From a virus (taxonomy: Duplodnaviria; Caudoviricetes), in the IMG/VR virus record IMGVR_UViG_3300028601_000027, positions 1-64,000 of that record: 64,000 nt of DNA. One strand, 5' to 3'. Both the position numbers and the translations under genes were made by a program. Under the pieces are notes generated by a model. That model saw only the letters and a program-made list of their open reading frames with translations. It ran no database searches and was not told where the DNA came from. This document shows positions 39,820-51,140 of the stretch, in pieces; the first letter of the stretch is position 1, and each line of letters starts with the position of its first letter.

Positions 39820-42593
39820 TTAATCTCCTGTGTATACAATTTCAGTTTCAACATCCTGAACTTTTAGTGACACTCCAAATTCTTTTAGAAATCCATAACC
39901 CTCAATAAAAGCATCAGGATAGCATTCTGTAATAGAGTGTTTCGATGCTAAGTGCTTAATATGATCATCAATAGTATTAAACGGATACATGTAATCTTTA
40001 AATTCTTTCATCCATTCATTAGTAAACTTAGTTTCATCATATTCCACTTCTACAAGATACGTAACTTCAACTAGTTTCTTTTTCATAGTATCCTCCACAT
40101 TTAAATTTGTTCCTTTCATTTACTAAACTATACACTATTTGTCACTATTTGTAAACAAAAAAAGCACACTAAGACTAAAATAAACCCTTGTGTGCTAAAA
40201 ACCTCATTCTTACTGTTTATCTTCTACCAATTTTCCAATTCATATTCATTACGTCAGGACAATCCTCAATGATGTGCATCTTACCAGCACTGTTTTCAAC
40301 AATATTACTTAATGCACTCATGGAAAAACTATTTTTAATACCATACGTTTCTTTATGACATTTATAGATAGACCTAGAATAACCGTAAAAGTAATAGTAT
40401 TCACTATCTTCTTCTGCACTAAGGATACCCGAATTTAGTCTCCATCTATCTCCATCCAGATACCCCCCACACCACGAAGCAAATACTCTATAGTGTGGAT
40501 CAGTGCCAGTGATTTCTACTAATATCCAATTATGAGGAGTATGCATTACTTTTTCCTAATCTCTAGTGTGATATTGTCCATGTATTCAGATAACCACCAT
40601 TCGCTACCATCTGCAATGTGTTCATTAATAATGTCTAGCATTTCCTCTTTACGAGTGATTTCATTGCAACTTGAGTTAGGGCATTGTTCTACATTTTTAT
40701 CATACCCATTACCACAAATATGACATACCCAAACATCACTATCACATCCGTTACAATCACAACAACATGATTCAGGTCCTATTTCGTCATACATCCAATC
40801 ATGAAATAGGTAGTCGCCATTAGTGTTATCATCACCTAGTTTAATTATCTGACCCATAAATGGTTTCATATCTTCTAAGAACGCTTCACGGGCTTTCATG
40901 CCATATTCCCACCCATAACGATCATACATGTTTTGTAGCAAATCTTCCATTTGTTTTACTTTAACAATTTTCATAATTAGCTCCTATTTGATTTAAAAGA
41001 TAGCCCGATTCCTATAGCGTACTATAGGCGATACCGTTTATACTCGGACACAAAGTGAGCTTCACTACATAGTAGGATAGTCTTGTTGGGGCATGTTTAA
41101 CTTAAGTACAATATACATTATCTCAATCACCTCGTCAATGTGTTATTTCATAAAATCACAATTACCGTCAGATTGATAATCACTTAGTCCGATAAAATCA
41201 TCTTCATGTGTGTTATCTATAACAACACTACTATCTCTAGCAAACGAATAAACACAACCACAATTATTACATTTTATTATTAATTCGTGGAATGAGTTAG
41301 AATCTAATTGTGAGATTACCTTAGTGTCTAAAGTGTTGCATTGTGGACACCTATCTTTACTGATCATGTTCTTTTAGTCCTTTCATAAACTCTATTGTTT
41401 GTTGTACCTGTTCTTCTGTTAAGTATGCTTCGAATGTTTCTGTTCCATTTTTATAGTGTGTGACTAATGTTGATTTGTAGTGTACAGGGTATTCCTTAAT
41501 TTCATCAAAGAAGTAAACATTCAAGTTGTCCTTACAAACATACCTACCATCATACTCAGCAATAAACACTACTGGTTCCCATTCATGTTTAAACTTAGCG
41601 AGTACTGTTTCGCCCTTCTTAGGAATCCACTCATCAAACATATCTAATGCTTCTTGAATAGTGATAATATGAAATTCACATGTTTCGTAGTAACTAATGC
41701 GATCCCAATTTAATGATGGCAGATTTGATAAATTTATACCTATGTGATTATCTTTGACTCCTAATCTCCTCCTATACAACTCATAAATGATAAATTTATC
41801 ATTCCAACCGTTGGTTTCAGCTAACCATTTGAATTTCTCAATGCTTTCTTCACTGTCAATACGTACTACAATTTTGTCACTCATTTTTAATCTCCTAAGT
41901 CCAAAGACATCCATAGTATTTACCAAATAGTCTTAGCCCGTTTTGTATTCTAGCTCCATGTGCTCGATAACCATCTACATCAAATTCACTAGTATCGTTT
42001 TCTCCACGTTCCATTCTAAACAATGTAGCGTCCACATGTGACACTTCATTGCCATCTTTATCTACTGGTATAAATTTAAAATCGATTTTACCATTATGAT
42101 ATTGATCTTCCCAATCTATATTGTATTGTTCAAAAGCCCAAATAATTTCATCTAACACATAATCAAAACGGTCAAACCAATAATCATCAGTCTCATCTAA
42201 TGTATCATTTTCGATTACAGGTCTTTCCAATTCTTTAGGTACATCTTCATTATCGACTAAGGGTGCTCCTTGTTTGTTTTTTTTGAATTCTTTGAGTAGT
42301 GGCAGGATGATATAAGCTAATGTGGAATCAGCAGAATAAGTATCCCAATCATCAATCTTAACTTTCACTTTTTGTATTGGTTGTTTATCATAGTACCACT
42401 TGTTGATAGTGTTGTTTAGTACAATCTGCCAAGCATCACATACCTTTTCGATAAACTTATCTAATTGGGTATATTCAGATTCTTTAATTTCAAAGTGATA
42501 CTTACCATGCAGTTTAGATAAGCACCAGTTTTCAAAAGGACATGTAACCCATCTACTATTAAAATTTCCTATTTTCACTTTCATAGTATTCAC
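39820..42593 (-). CDS. Cluster of hypothetical ORFs (39820-40119, 40217-40546, 40546-40974, 41143-41367, 41357-41926, 41895-42593)
   Basis: ORF track; early promoters near 40150 and 41135. Confidence 0.6.
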
Positions 42594-42595
42594 CT

Positions 42596-43414
42596 TTAAA
42601 ATAAATTATCTAAATTGTTGTTAGCTTCCTCTATTCTTTTCTTAGCTATTTGAAAATAATCTTTATCTAGTTCAACACCAATAAATTTCCTATTAAGATT
42701 AGCACAAGCTACTCCAGTTGTTCCACTACCCATCGTAAAATCCAAAACTGTTTCACCTTCGTTGGTGTAAGTTTTAATCAGGTATTCCATTAAGGCAACT
42801 GGTTTTTGGGTGGGGTGTACAGTCTTACCCTCACTGGCGAAGTCTAGGACTTGTCTGGGATAGTTTGTCAAGGTCTGTTTGTATGGCTTAAGTTCAATTC
42901 CTCCAGTCACCACACTTGTGGCATCAGTTCCCTTCCCTCGCAAAGAGTGACTCTTTGAGTTGTGCTGCATAATATCCACTTCGATAACCCCTTGAGGGTT
43001 GTACACTGGCTGTTTTCGGTAGAAAACCAACACATCCTCAATATCCTTCATGGGCATCTTTTGAGCGTTTAGGTGTCCAGTAGCCCTTGTCTTTCGCCAA
43101 TACCACTGATACTTCAATATCTTGAGGTTTGAAGCACCAAGTACACTTGTAAACGGTTGGCTAGCCGTCATAACAATAGCTCCGTTAGGTTTGATAACTC
43201 GTTTCAACTGCTCCCACATACGTTCTAGGTCAATCACAGTATCCCATTTACAGGCAGTGGTGCCAAGTCAGCCGTAGGGTGGATCGCATAACACTAGGTC
43301 TATAGAGCCGTCTGGGATATATTTCATAACCTCAAGACAATCTCCATGAACCAACGTGTTAGGCAATACGCACCCTACGGGCTGTACCTCCTTCTCGTTA
43401 GTGATAGTAAACAT
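42596..43414 (-). CDS. N6A/N4C DNA methyltransferase interrupted by an in-frame TGA (pseudogene or recoded)
   Basis: ATG 43414; HGDCLEVM...DPPYG*LGTTACKWD...HPTQKPVAL...VLDFTMGSGTT; TGA at 43270-43268. Confidence 0.85.
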
Positions 43415-44037
43415 TAAACAAAATACTCCTGTATGTTTAGCTTTAAATTATTCCACTCGGATTGACTCATGTTATTTTTACACCTGTTCTCGAACCATGT
43501 TAAAAACTGCAAGTTATCAAGCGAATTATCCCCACCTTTTGATTTTGGTATTATATGGTCTATTGAAGGCTTTTTATATTTCAATTTTCCACTACTCAAC
43601 CATGCTAAGTATATTTTGCTAAACTGCTCGTCATAATAAAACCTGCTTATATAGCTTTTGTACCATTCGGTTGATACGTCCCACCTTCCTGACCTATTGG
43701 TTATAGCATCATTGAGTAGTTTCAACTTGTCGAAATCATTGAACTGCATTAACCAATCTGTTGACACATCAAACCTCAAGTGTGTTGCCATGTTGTTATA
43801 ATTGCGCTCAATATCACAATTAAATTTTTTAACGCCTCTTAGGTTTTTTGGCTCCCTAGTTTTTATTCCATTCTTCTTTAGCACTCTTGATATTAGTTTG
43901 TGATTAGTGCCTAGCTTATCCGCTATAGAGCGCATTGAATCGCCCTTTTTGTACAATTCAACTATTACCATGTCAACACTACCATCCGATATTTTTTTCA
44001 TTTCTTCTAAACAATCACCATTATATAAATCTATCAT
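43414..44037 (-). CDS. HNH endonuclease fused to a methyltransferase-type N-terminal peptide
   Basis: MIDLYNGDCLEEMKKISDGSVDMV, then an HTH-like segment and PSIDHIIPKSKGGDNSLDNLQ...EN. Confidence 0.85.
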   Translation of the reverse strand: MIDLYNGDCLEEMKKISDGSVDMVIVELYKKGDSMRSIADKLGTNHKLISRVLKKNGIKTREPKNLRGVKKFNCDIERNYNNMATHLRFDVSTDWLMQFNDFDKLKLLNDAITNRSGRWDVSTEWYKSYISRFYYDEQFSKIYLAWLSSGKLKYKKPSIDHIIPKSKGGDNSLDNLQFLTWFENRCKNNMSQSEWNNLKLNIQEYFV

Positions 44038-45292
44038 AGTCGCTTTCCTTTTTGTTTAAAGGTAGGACAATCATTATATTCATTAAGGTCTTGCGGTTTA
44101 TTAAAGGTTTCATCTTTTGCACCATACCAATTATAAATAGTTATTATATTAGATGGGTGTTTACAAGCATAACCCTTAGGTTGGTATCCGCCCGGTGGAT
44201 TTTTTGACTCATATAGAAACTCACAATCCTTACAATACACTTTTACTTCATCTGCCATACTAATTCCCCTCTCTCATTTTCTACTTTTTCGACTATAATT
44301 TTATTACCAGATAAGGCATCAATTTGTCCATCTGCATAAGTGTAATTTATAGTATTTAAAATAGCACCCATTATGCACACTCCAAGAGCACATCCAACTA
44401 GCATACCTAACCAAAATCCACCACTAAAAATTTCTAATCTCCACTAGTCAAAAGGTTATACAAATCTTCTATACTCTCTAGAGGTATTTCACTACCATCT
44501 TCATCATGTACTGTTAATGCTCTATCATCATATTTCTCTTTGTTGTTACGCTCACCAAAATCTAATTCCCATAACCAATAATTAATCCACTTAGTATCTT
44601 GGTCATCGAATATGTATTCTAGCAGTTCAATGTTTTGTTGTAAGAGTTGCTCACCAAAATTAATAATACCATCACAACTAATGACATCTTCTAGTCTTCT
44701 AGTGTCTTTGATGTACTTCTCAATAGTCTTAATCTTACTCTCAAATTCAGTGTAGTTCATGTTAATCCTCTTCGTTAGCATAAGACAATATAGTGTTTAA
44801 TTGTTGAGATACTTCTTTCTTACCTAGTTTAATACCTTCACTAAATATGCGTTTGCACATATATTCAATAAACTTGTTTTCGTCTATAGCAGAGAAATCA
44901 ATTACAATCTCTGGAATAGGGAGTGAATTATTAGTATAAAAGAACTCTTCAGGAATAACGAATGTCTGTAAACCAACCCGCTCTAGTCCTAGTTCTTCTA
45001 ACTTACCAAGTTTACATCCCCGTCTATTCCTTTTAGGATTTGCTTCTTCCTCAGAAAACACTTGCTCATACATCCAATGTTCAAAAATCCATCCCTCAAA
45101 AATCCATCCCTCTTCGTGTTTTGTATCATCATATTCACCATAAACTAATTCAATAACTTTCCCACATAGATATTTCATGCTTGGACAAAAAAAATAACTT
45201 ACGTCATCGCCTTTATAAACTAAATGACCATATCTTTCTTCGACCTTATCATTTTCTAGCATTTCTTCCCACGTTTTAACTCTAACTTTCAT
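44034..45292 (-). CDS. Hypothetical ORFs (44034-44258, 44434-44781, 44762-45292)
   Basis: ORF track; promoter near 45355. Confidence 0.6.
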
Positions 45293-45361
45293 TCCAACCT
45301 CCCTCTCAATGGTTGTTTAATTTAAACACAACATAACACAACCAAAGCTAAATGTAAACTA

Positions 45362-46048
45362 TTATTTTCCAATCAATTCATTTACGCCATCTTCTAGCCA
45401 GTTAAATTCTCCAGTATCTAGCATCTCATTCCACATCAACCAAGCAACTAACCTGATCTCTAGGTGAGCACTCTTATCTAATCGCAGTCTAAAGAAATTT
45501 AATAGCGACCTTAAGTTAACAGTCCATACAAAATCGACTCTAAAATTCTCTGGTAACAAGTATTTTAAAACATCATTATCCTTTTTCTTACTATAGAAAT
45601 CCAGATAATTATAATACAACTCTTCAATTTCTAGTAAGTTGCGTCTTACTAATGATTGCATAAAGTATTTTTGTTTATTCTCACTCCAACCAGTTTCAGA
45701 TAGATCAGGAATAACTAAGTAATCACTGGGTTCTATATTGTCTAACCCTACTCGTTTAATTTCCATAAATAGTTTATCTAATACATAGCGAGTGGATTCT
45801 ACTGTAGGACTAGCTATTCTATGTCTAGCATGTTCTTGTAGTTCTAGTCTACTACTACCACTAATATCAAAGGTAAGATTAATATGTTCTAGTACGGAAC
45901 CGTGACGTTCATTTAGCTTATCATTTAGACAAACCTTCTTTAGTAGTTCTTTATTACACTTGCCATAATTAGCATATGGTTTTTCTAATGCCTTCACTGC
46001 TACCCAAATAGGTGTATGATGTAGTAACTTCACTTTAATTTTTTTCAT
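45362..46048 (-). CDS. thyX: Flavin-dependent thymidylate synthase
   Basis: HGSVLEH...SR...QEHARHRIAS..VESTRY...NLRSL.NF..LR....AH.EIR. Confidence 0.9.
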   Translation of the reverse strand: MKKIKVKLLHHTPIWVAVKALEKPYANYGKCNKELLKKVCLNDKLNERHGSVLEHINLTFDISGSSRLELQEHARHRIASPTVESTRYVLDKLFMEIKRVGLDNIEPSDYLVIPDLSETGWSENKQKYFMQSLVRRNLLEIEELYYNYLDFYSKKKDNDVLKYLLPENFRVDFVWTVNLRSLLNFFRLRLDKSAHLEIRLVAWLMWNEMLDTGEFNWLEDGVNELIGK

Positions 46049-46050
46049 AA

Positions 46051-46983
46051 CTATCTCCCAAATTTATCACTATGTAAGAACATTCTTTTGCCGTCTTCTC
46101 TACCTGCTTCCCATATAGATTTAATCTCATCTATAGTAAGTCTATCCTTAATATTACCACGAATACCAAACATAAGAAACCTATCAAATTCATAGTCAGA
46201 CCAACTATCACATTTTCTACACTGGTGTTTACTAGTTAGTTCTACTACGTTTCTTGGAAACCCTTCATAACAATAACTCTTATCGTTTTCTTTATGTAGA
46301 TAAACACAAGTTGGACAATTATAATATTCGTTTACTTTACCGTCCATAGTTACCCCACAGTTTACATTTAGCGCCTTGTCCGAAAATACCAATGAACATT
46401 TCTCCATCATTGTAATATTGATAGTTAGCAGAAGAAAAATGAACACAATCATGACCTATACAATGACGATCTATGATAGGACAACACTTCGACATCATTT
46501 CATTGTCACTCTTTTGGTTGCGTTGTTCTGCTTCTTCTTGTTCAGCTATGACACATAAATCTTGTTCGATTTGTTTTTGTGATTGTCGTTGTTTAATTTT
46601 GTAAATCATCTTTTTTAACATAGTCTCTCCCTAATAATATAGTGATACCCAATAATACACTTATTTTCACTCATTGTCAATAAAAAAAGCGCATAACAAC
46701 TAAAAAGTCATTATGCGCTACAATTACATTACATTAATAGTTACTCTGGGGAATCTTGTTGTACTTGTTGACTACCTTGTGTGTAGATTTTCTGGATTAG
46801 ACCATTTACATCCTTAAACGATGCTTCACCCAAAATCTTAAGAGCTTGATTAACTTCTTCTACTGATAGAGTTAGTGTTACCATTACGGGTTCTTTTTCC
46901 TCTACTTCTTGCTCAGGTACTTCTACGTTTTCTTCAGCCATGTCATACTCCTTTACTTGGTTAAAATTGTAATTCACACTCAT
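46051..46983 (-). CDS. Hypothetical ORFs (46051-about 46347, 46337-46621, 46741-46983)
   Basis: ORF track. Confidence 0.5.
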
Positions 46984-47006
46984 TGTAAATTACTGCGGGT
47001 TAATAA

Positions 47007-47627
47007 TTAGGATAGATCAAGTGTAACCCTCTTTAGCCATCCCCTTGCGAAATGTTCTTGTGTAGGATCATATTTCATTATTTCTAGGTAATATGACCCT
47101 TGTAGTATATTGATTACCTTAACCAACATCTCTTCATCACCATCTATATCTAAGTATCTATTAATAGCACCTTCTGTCATACTACCATAAATACCATCTA
47201 CAATCAAGTCACTATATAATAATCCATTTCTATTTAGTACGTTTAGTGACCTCTGTAAATGTTTGACAGCCCTATTTTTACCTAAGTTAACAGCATTATC
47301 AAACAACTCAATAGCTAGTTGTTTTGGTAAGTTGTCACCATTAAATACATCAAAGTAGTTTTTCTTATAGAACTCTTTTATTCTATATTGTAATAATTGG
47401 TTTTCCTCTAACCTACTTACAAACTCATTTTCAAATTCTACAGAATCTTGATCGTATTCTTTAGCTACTGACCTCTTAGTATCATCTATGATTTGCCAAC
47501 CACCCCAAGTAGGATGATGATTACGTGAAACCCCCCTATAAGTTTCTCCACCTCTATCTAGTCGGTGATTAGAATATGTGCCCTCATGCCCCATTATCTT
47601 ATTATAAGCTATAGTGAATTTACTCAT
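47007..47627 (-). CDS. Endolysin, glycoside hydrolase family 108 with PG-binding domain
   Basis: HEGTYSNH..DRGGETYRGV...FDNAVN.G...LQRSLN..DG.YG...F..GW..RV. Confidence 0.9.
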   Translation of the reverse strand: MSKFTIAYNKIMGHEGTYSNHRLDRGGETYRGVSRNHHPTWGGWQIIDDTKRSVAKEYDQDSVEFENEFVSRLEENQLLQYRIKEFYKKNYFDVFNGDNLPKQLAIELFDNAVNLGKNRAVKHLQRSLNVLNRNGLLYSDLIVDGIYGSMTEGAINRYLDIDGDEEMLVKVINILQGSYYLEIMKYDPTQEHFARGWLKRVTLDLS

Positions 47628-47818
47628 TTTTTACCTATCTTTTTGGATTTACCAACCATTAATGCTAAGAACTCTACAATCTTATAGACTTTGCCTAATT
47701 TAGTATCAGGGTTAGGAGTTTTAGTTCCTACTACAATCAAACTACATAGCACTACTATAGAACCTAACACTGATACTATTTGATCAAAATTTTCAATTAT
47801 GTTGTTTACGATTTCCAT
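47624..47818 (-). CDS. Putative holin
   Basis: Small hydrophobic protein coupled to the endolysin; GATAAATA late motif at 47859-47866. Confidence 0.6.
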   Translation of the reverse strand: MEIVNNIIENFDQIVSVLGSIVVLCSLIVVGTKTPNPDTKLGKVYKIVEFLALMVGKSKKIGKK

Positions 47819-48012
47819 AAGTCATTCTCCTGTTTGACATTGAAATACTATTAATATGTATTTATCAAATAGGAGAATGAAATCACTTACCAATCAACAA
47901 CACAAATCTCCAACAGTAAATGTTAACCGAACCATTAGGAAACTTAATCTTACTAGGCTTATACCCTTTATCCAACACTAGAAAATAAATCTCTCTCCCA
48001 AACAATTTCATC

Positions 48013-48579
48013 TTAATCCTCCATCTTCAATACGATTTCTTTTCTCCAATGTAACACTTTTTCTACATAGTCATTAACATCTACCCCATTACTATTAGCA
48101 CCACGATTATAAGCTAAGATAGCTTTACGCCAGTTATTATCACTTAACTCTAACATCTTAATGAAGTACCATGAACCCACTCTCACATTAAACTTGTAAT
48201 CAGATAGTAAACAGTAAATTAACTCTATATCACTAGGATTAGTTCTACCAAATTTCTCAATAAACACATGAGGATACCAACGTTGCACATCTCTGGCGGC
48301 TGGTAGTTGTACTTGCATCACTCCTAGTGATTTATTACCATTAGTACTATTTCTATCTCCTACTATAACACCATACTTCTGATACTTATGATATCCAGCT
48401 TTAGTTTCCTGAAATACTATTGACGCTATTGTTTCTCCCCACCCTTGTCCTAAGTAGTTAATACTGTTCCCGTAGTTTAAGGCATAACGTAATACCTTAG
48501 TTTGAGTGTGATCTACTTGTACCGCATATCCATTAATAGCTACTAAGCAAAACACAATTAGACTAATTATTACTCTCAT
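48013..48579 (-). CDS. Secreted lysozyme-like/SLT transglycosylase (T4 Vs.1-like)
   Basis: Signal peptide; QET..G...GVMQV...AILAYNRG. Confidence 0.75.
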   Translation of the reverse strand: MRVIISLIVFCLVAINGYAVQVDHTQTKVLRYALNYGNSINYLGQGWGETIASIVFQETKAGYHKYQKYGVIVGDRNSTNGNKSLGVMQVQLPAARDVQRWYPHVFIEKFGRTNPSDIELIYCLLSDYKFNVRVGSWYFIKMLELSDNNWRKAILAYNRGANSNGVDVNDYVEKVLHWRKEIVLKMED

Positions 48580-49181
48580 TTGTTTTTCAACTCCTGTTTA
48601 GTGATTGATTTCCAGTCATGTTTATCTAGCGTAGGATAAAAGATTTTGGTCAGTTTGTCAAGATATAATTTCCTACGTTTCACTAATTTCGATTCTAAGA
48701 GGTTATCACTAGCAAGGTTAAGGGTTATGTCGAATAAAGAATTAAGTATGACTACAGTAGGCATTTTGAGCCTCAGACTAAACAATTTATTGCTATGTAG
48801 TACTTCTTTCAGTTTTACCTTATGTTCTACACAATAAACCTTTAACTTATACAAATCAGTCTTATATGTTTCTACTGGAAACTTGAAATCATGCGACACT
48901 GATTGCCACACCTCAAAGTTATCATTTAACAATTTACTAGGGTGTGGATGTTCTTGATAGTGATAATAATATATAGCAAACATCTTTAGTAACTGACTAG
49001 GTTTATATTTATCGGCTAACACTTGGAACAATTTACCATCAGTGTCAAAACGTTTCTCATTCCAAGCGTCAGCCAATTTGTTTCTAGAAATTAAACTAGT
49101 AGTTACATCGAACTTCTTATTGGTAAAATGAGCAATGACTGAACAATATATCCTGTAACAATAAAAACCGTCATTTGCCAT
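48576..49181 (-). CDS. gp59: Helicase loader (gp59-like)
   Basis: DGFYCYRIY....HF...FDV...W..KR...F..LA.KY resembles the T4 gp59 N-terminus. Confidence 0.7.
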   Translation of the reverse strand: MANDGFYCYRIYCSVIAHFTNKKFDVTTSLISRNKLADAWNEKRFDTDGKLFQVLADKYKPSQLLKMFAIYYYHYQEHPHPSKLLNDNFEVWQSVSHDFKFPVETYKTDLYKLKVYCVEHKVKLKEVLHSNKLFSLRLKMPTVVILNSLFDITLNLASDNLLESKLVKRRKLYLDKLTKIFYPTLDKHDWKSITKQELKNK

Positions 49182-49205
49182 TTAGTTTCACCTATCATTG
49201 AAGTT

Positions 49206-50921
49206 CTACTCCTGAAAGAATTGTTCATAAGATTTAATCTCTACTCCTAGTGACTTTGCTTTCTTAGTCTTACTTGTACCAGAATCAGGGTTATCTGTCA
49301 ACAATAAGTTTGTATCCTTATTTACACTAGACTGAATCTTCCAACCTTGTTCTTCTAGGTGTTGAGTAAGTTGTTTGCGATTATACTTATCACACTTACC
49401 AGTAAACACTATATTACCCTTAGTTTGATTAGTTTTATCTACTGTCTTAATAGTGCAGAAGTAGGATAGTGTTTCAAACATAGCCTTAAACCTATTTCTA
49501 TTTGTAACTATATTAGTAATAGATTTTTCAGCAAATCCCTCTAGTGGGGCTAAACTAGTTTCTAAATCCTCACATGCTAGGAAGTTTTCAATAGAACCAA
49601 AATGGTCAATAAGTTTTTGACATTGTTTATTTCCCATACCTTTAATCATAGCACATTCTAATATTTGTGCTTCAGTTAGTTCTACAGTGTTTAACATGTA
49701 GAAAATATATTCAGCAGTCTTTTTACCAAAACCATCAATAATTTCGATGTCCTCTACTTCAGCTTCAAAGTAATCATCTATTAACTTAAATCCATTTACA
49801 TATAGTTTTTCAATAGTCGAATCACTAATGTAATCAAGATCAAATACTTTAAAAATGTGTTTGAGTAGAGTTAAGTCATTGTGTACACAATTCTTACACA
49901 CTAAGTGTACACCGTTTTCGTCTACTTCAGAGATAGACTTACAGTTAGGACAAAACACAGGCGGTAAAATGTAACTTTGTTCTACTACAGTGTGAACGAA
50001 TGGTATTATATCCCCACTTTTTATTACCTTAACTTGAGCACCAATCCCTAATCCAGCAGTCTTAACTATTCCATAGTTAGAAGCAGATACACGACTAACG
50101 GTAGTACCATCAATATCCACAGGCTCATCCAAAATAATAACAGGATACAAGATTCCATGTTTACCTAAACTCCATTCAATGTTGCCTACTGTAGCTAATT
50201 CACCTTCTTTATTGAACTTTAGGGCAATGATGTTATCTGGTAATAGTTCATTATCATTACTGTAATCCCCATTACCTTCTACTACTAATCCATCAATTTC
50301 ATATTCGTGATTATTTTTGTAGTACCTAAAGTTACTCTCTAGTTCAAGATAATCAGGAGTGCTATAATAGACTACCTTAGCTAAGGTTTCAAATGGTACT
50401 ACATGAATTTTAGCTAGTTCATTTGGTATAGCTTCTTTCCTATTAATCAAACCTGACACTACATTGCGAACATTTTTCTCATAGTCTGCTTGACACACTT
50501 TAGGCATGATAGCTTCACATTTGACACTATTAATATCGCTGGTTAGTTCTAAGAAACCCAATGCACTAGTATCACAATGCTTAATGTTATCAGTAACATC
50601 ATTACCCTCATAACCATTCCCTCTAGTTATTGCCTGAATAATATTACCATTTTTGTTTAGAATGACTTCAATACTATTTCCATCTAGCTTAGGAGTAACA
50701 GAAAATACAGTATTACTCTTAGCCCACTTATAGAAATCATCTTCAGTTTTAACCTTTTTTAAACTACCCATTGGGGAATGATGATTTGCCTTATTCCTGA
50801 AATTACGAGTGTCTAATCCATGATCTGAGATTAGGTTAAACTCTTCATCAGTTAGGATAGGACTATCACCATTATAATATTGTTCGTTTGCTATTTGTTT
50901 TAAGTTAGCCACTATTCTCAC
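49206..50921 (-). CDS. ligA: NAD-dependent DNA ligase
   Basis: YYNG..ILTDEEFN, PKLDG, TRGNG.EG.DVT, EIDGLV, Zn finger, C-terminal BRCT. Confidence 0.93.
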   Translation of the reverse strand: MRIVANLKQIANEQYYNGDSPILTDEEFNLISDHGLDTRNFRNKANHHSPMGSLKKVKTEDDFYKWAKSNTVFSVTPKLDGNSIEVILNKNGNIIQAITRGNGYEGNDVTDNIKHCDTSALGFLELTSDINSVKCEAIMPKVCQADYEKNVRNVVSGLINRKEAIPNELAKIHVVPFETLAKVVYYSTPDYLELESNFRYYKNNHEYEIDGLVVEGNGDYSNDNELLPDNIIALKFNKEGELATVGNIEWSLGKHGILYPVIILDEPVDIDGTTVSRVSASNYGIVKTAGLGIGAQVKVIKSGDIIPFVHTVVEQSYILPPVFCPNCKSISEVDENGVHLVCKNCVHNDLTLLKHIFKVFDLDYISDSTIEKLYVNGFKLIDDYFEAEVEDIEIIDGFGKKTAEYIFYMLNTVELTEAQILECAMIKGMGNKQCQKLIDHFGSIENFLACEDLETSLAPLEGFAEKSITNIVTNRNRFKAMFETLSYFCTIKTVDKTNQTKGNIVFTGKCDKYNRKQLTQHLEEQGWKIQSSVNKDTNLLLTDNPDSGTSKTKKAKSLGVEIKSYEQFFQE

Positions 50922-50948
50922 TCCTTCGCTGCGCGGACAGCGTTATAT
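50921..50948 (+). repeat. 24-bp direct repeat copy 1 / degenerate attC right half (GTTATAT core)
   Basis: CTCCTTCGCTGCGCGGACAGCGTT versus CTCCTTCGCTACACGGACAGCGTT at 52119-52142. Confidence 0.6.
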
Positions 50949-51140
50949 GTTCGCTTCTTTACATTCCTGCTCCGTAACTCCAAGCGCACCCAGCACATCA
51001 TAAAGTGAGGGCCAAGTGTCACTGGCTTCATCGTACAACCCCATGTCGTCCATCATGTCTACCCACCAGTCATCGAACCCCCCATCTCGGTCTGTCAATC
51101 TGGCGACGATCTGTATTGCTTGCTTTTGTGTAATCCTCAT
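50943..51140 (-). CDS. Hypothetical cassette-like protein
   Basis: GC-richer; stop overlaps the GTTA core. Confidence 0.7.
   Translation of the reverse strand: MRITQKQAIQIVARLTDRDGGFDDWWVDMMDDMGLYDEASDTWPSLYDVLGALGVTEQECKEANI

Noticed and set aside
43414-44037. Group I intron interpretation of the HNH insertion
   Set aside because: No recognisable P7 core by eye, and the downstream MTase has its own complete N-terminus, so splicing is unnecessary.
45084-45112. 15-bp tandem duplication (GWIFE GWIFE)
   Set aside because: Simple in-frame slippage; likewise the 24-bp repeat at 26975 shows no sign of function.
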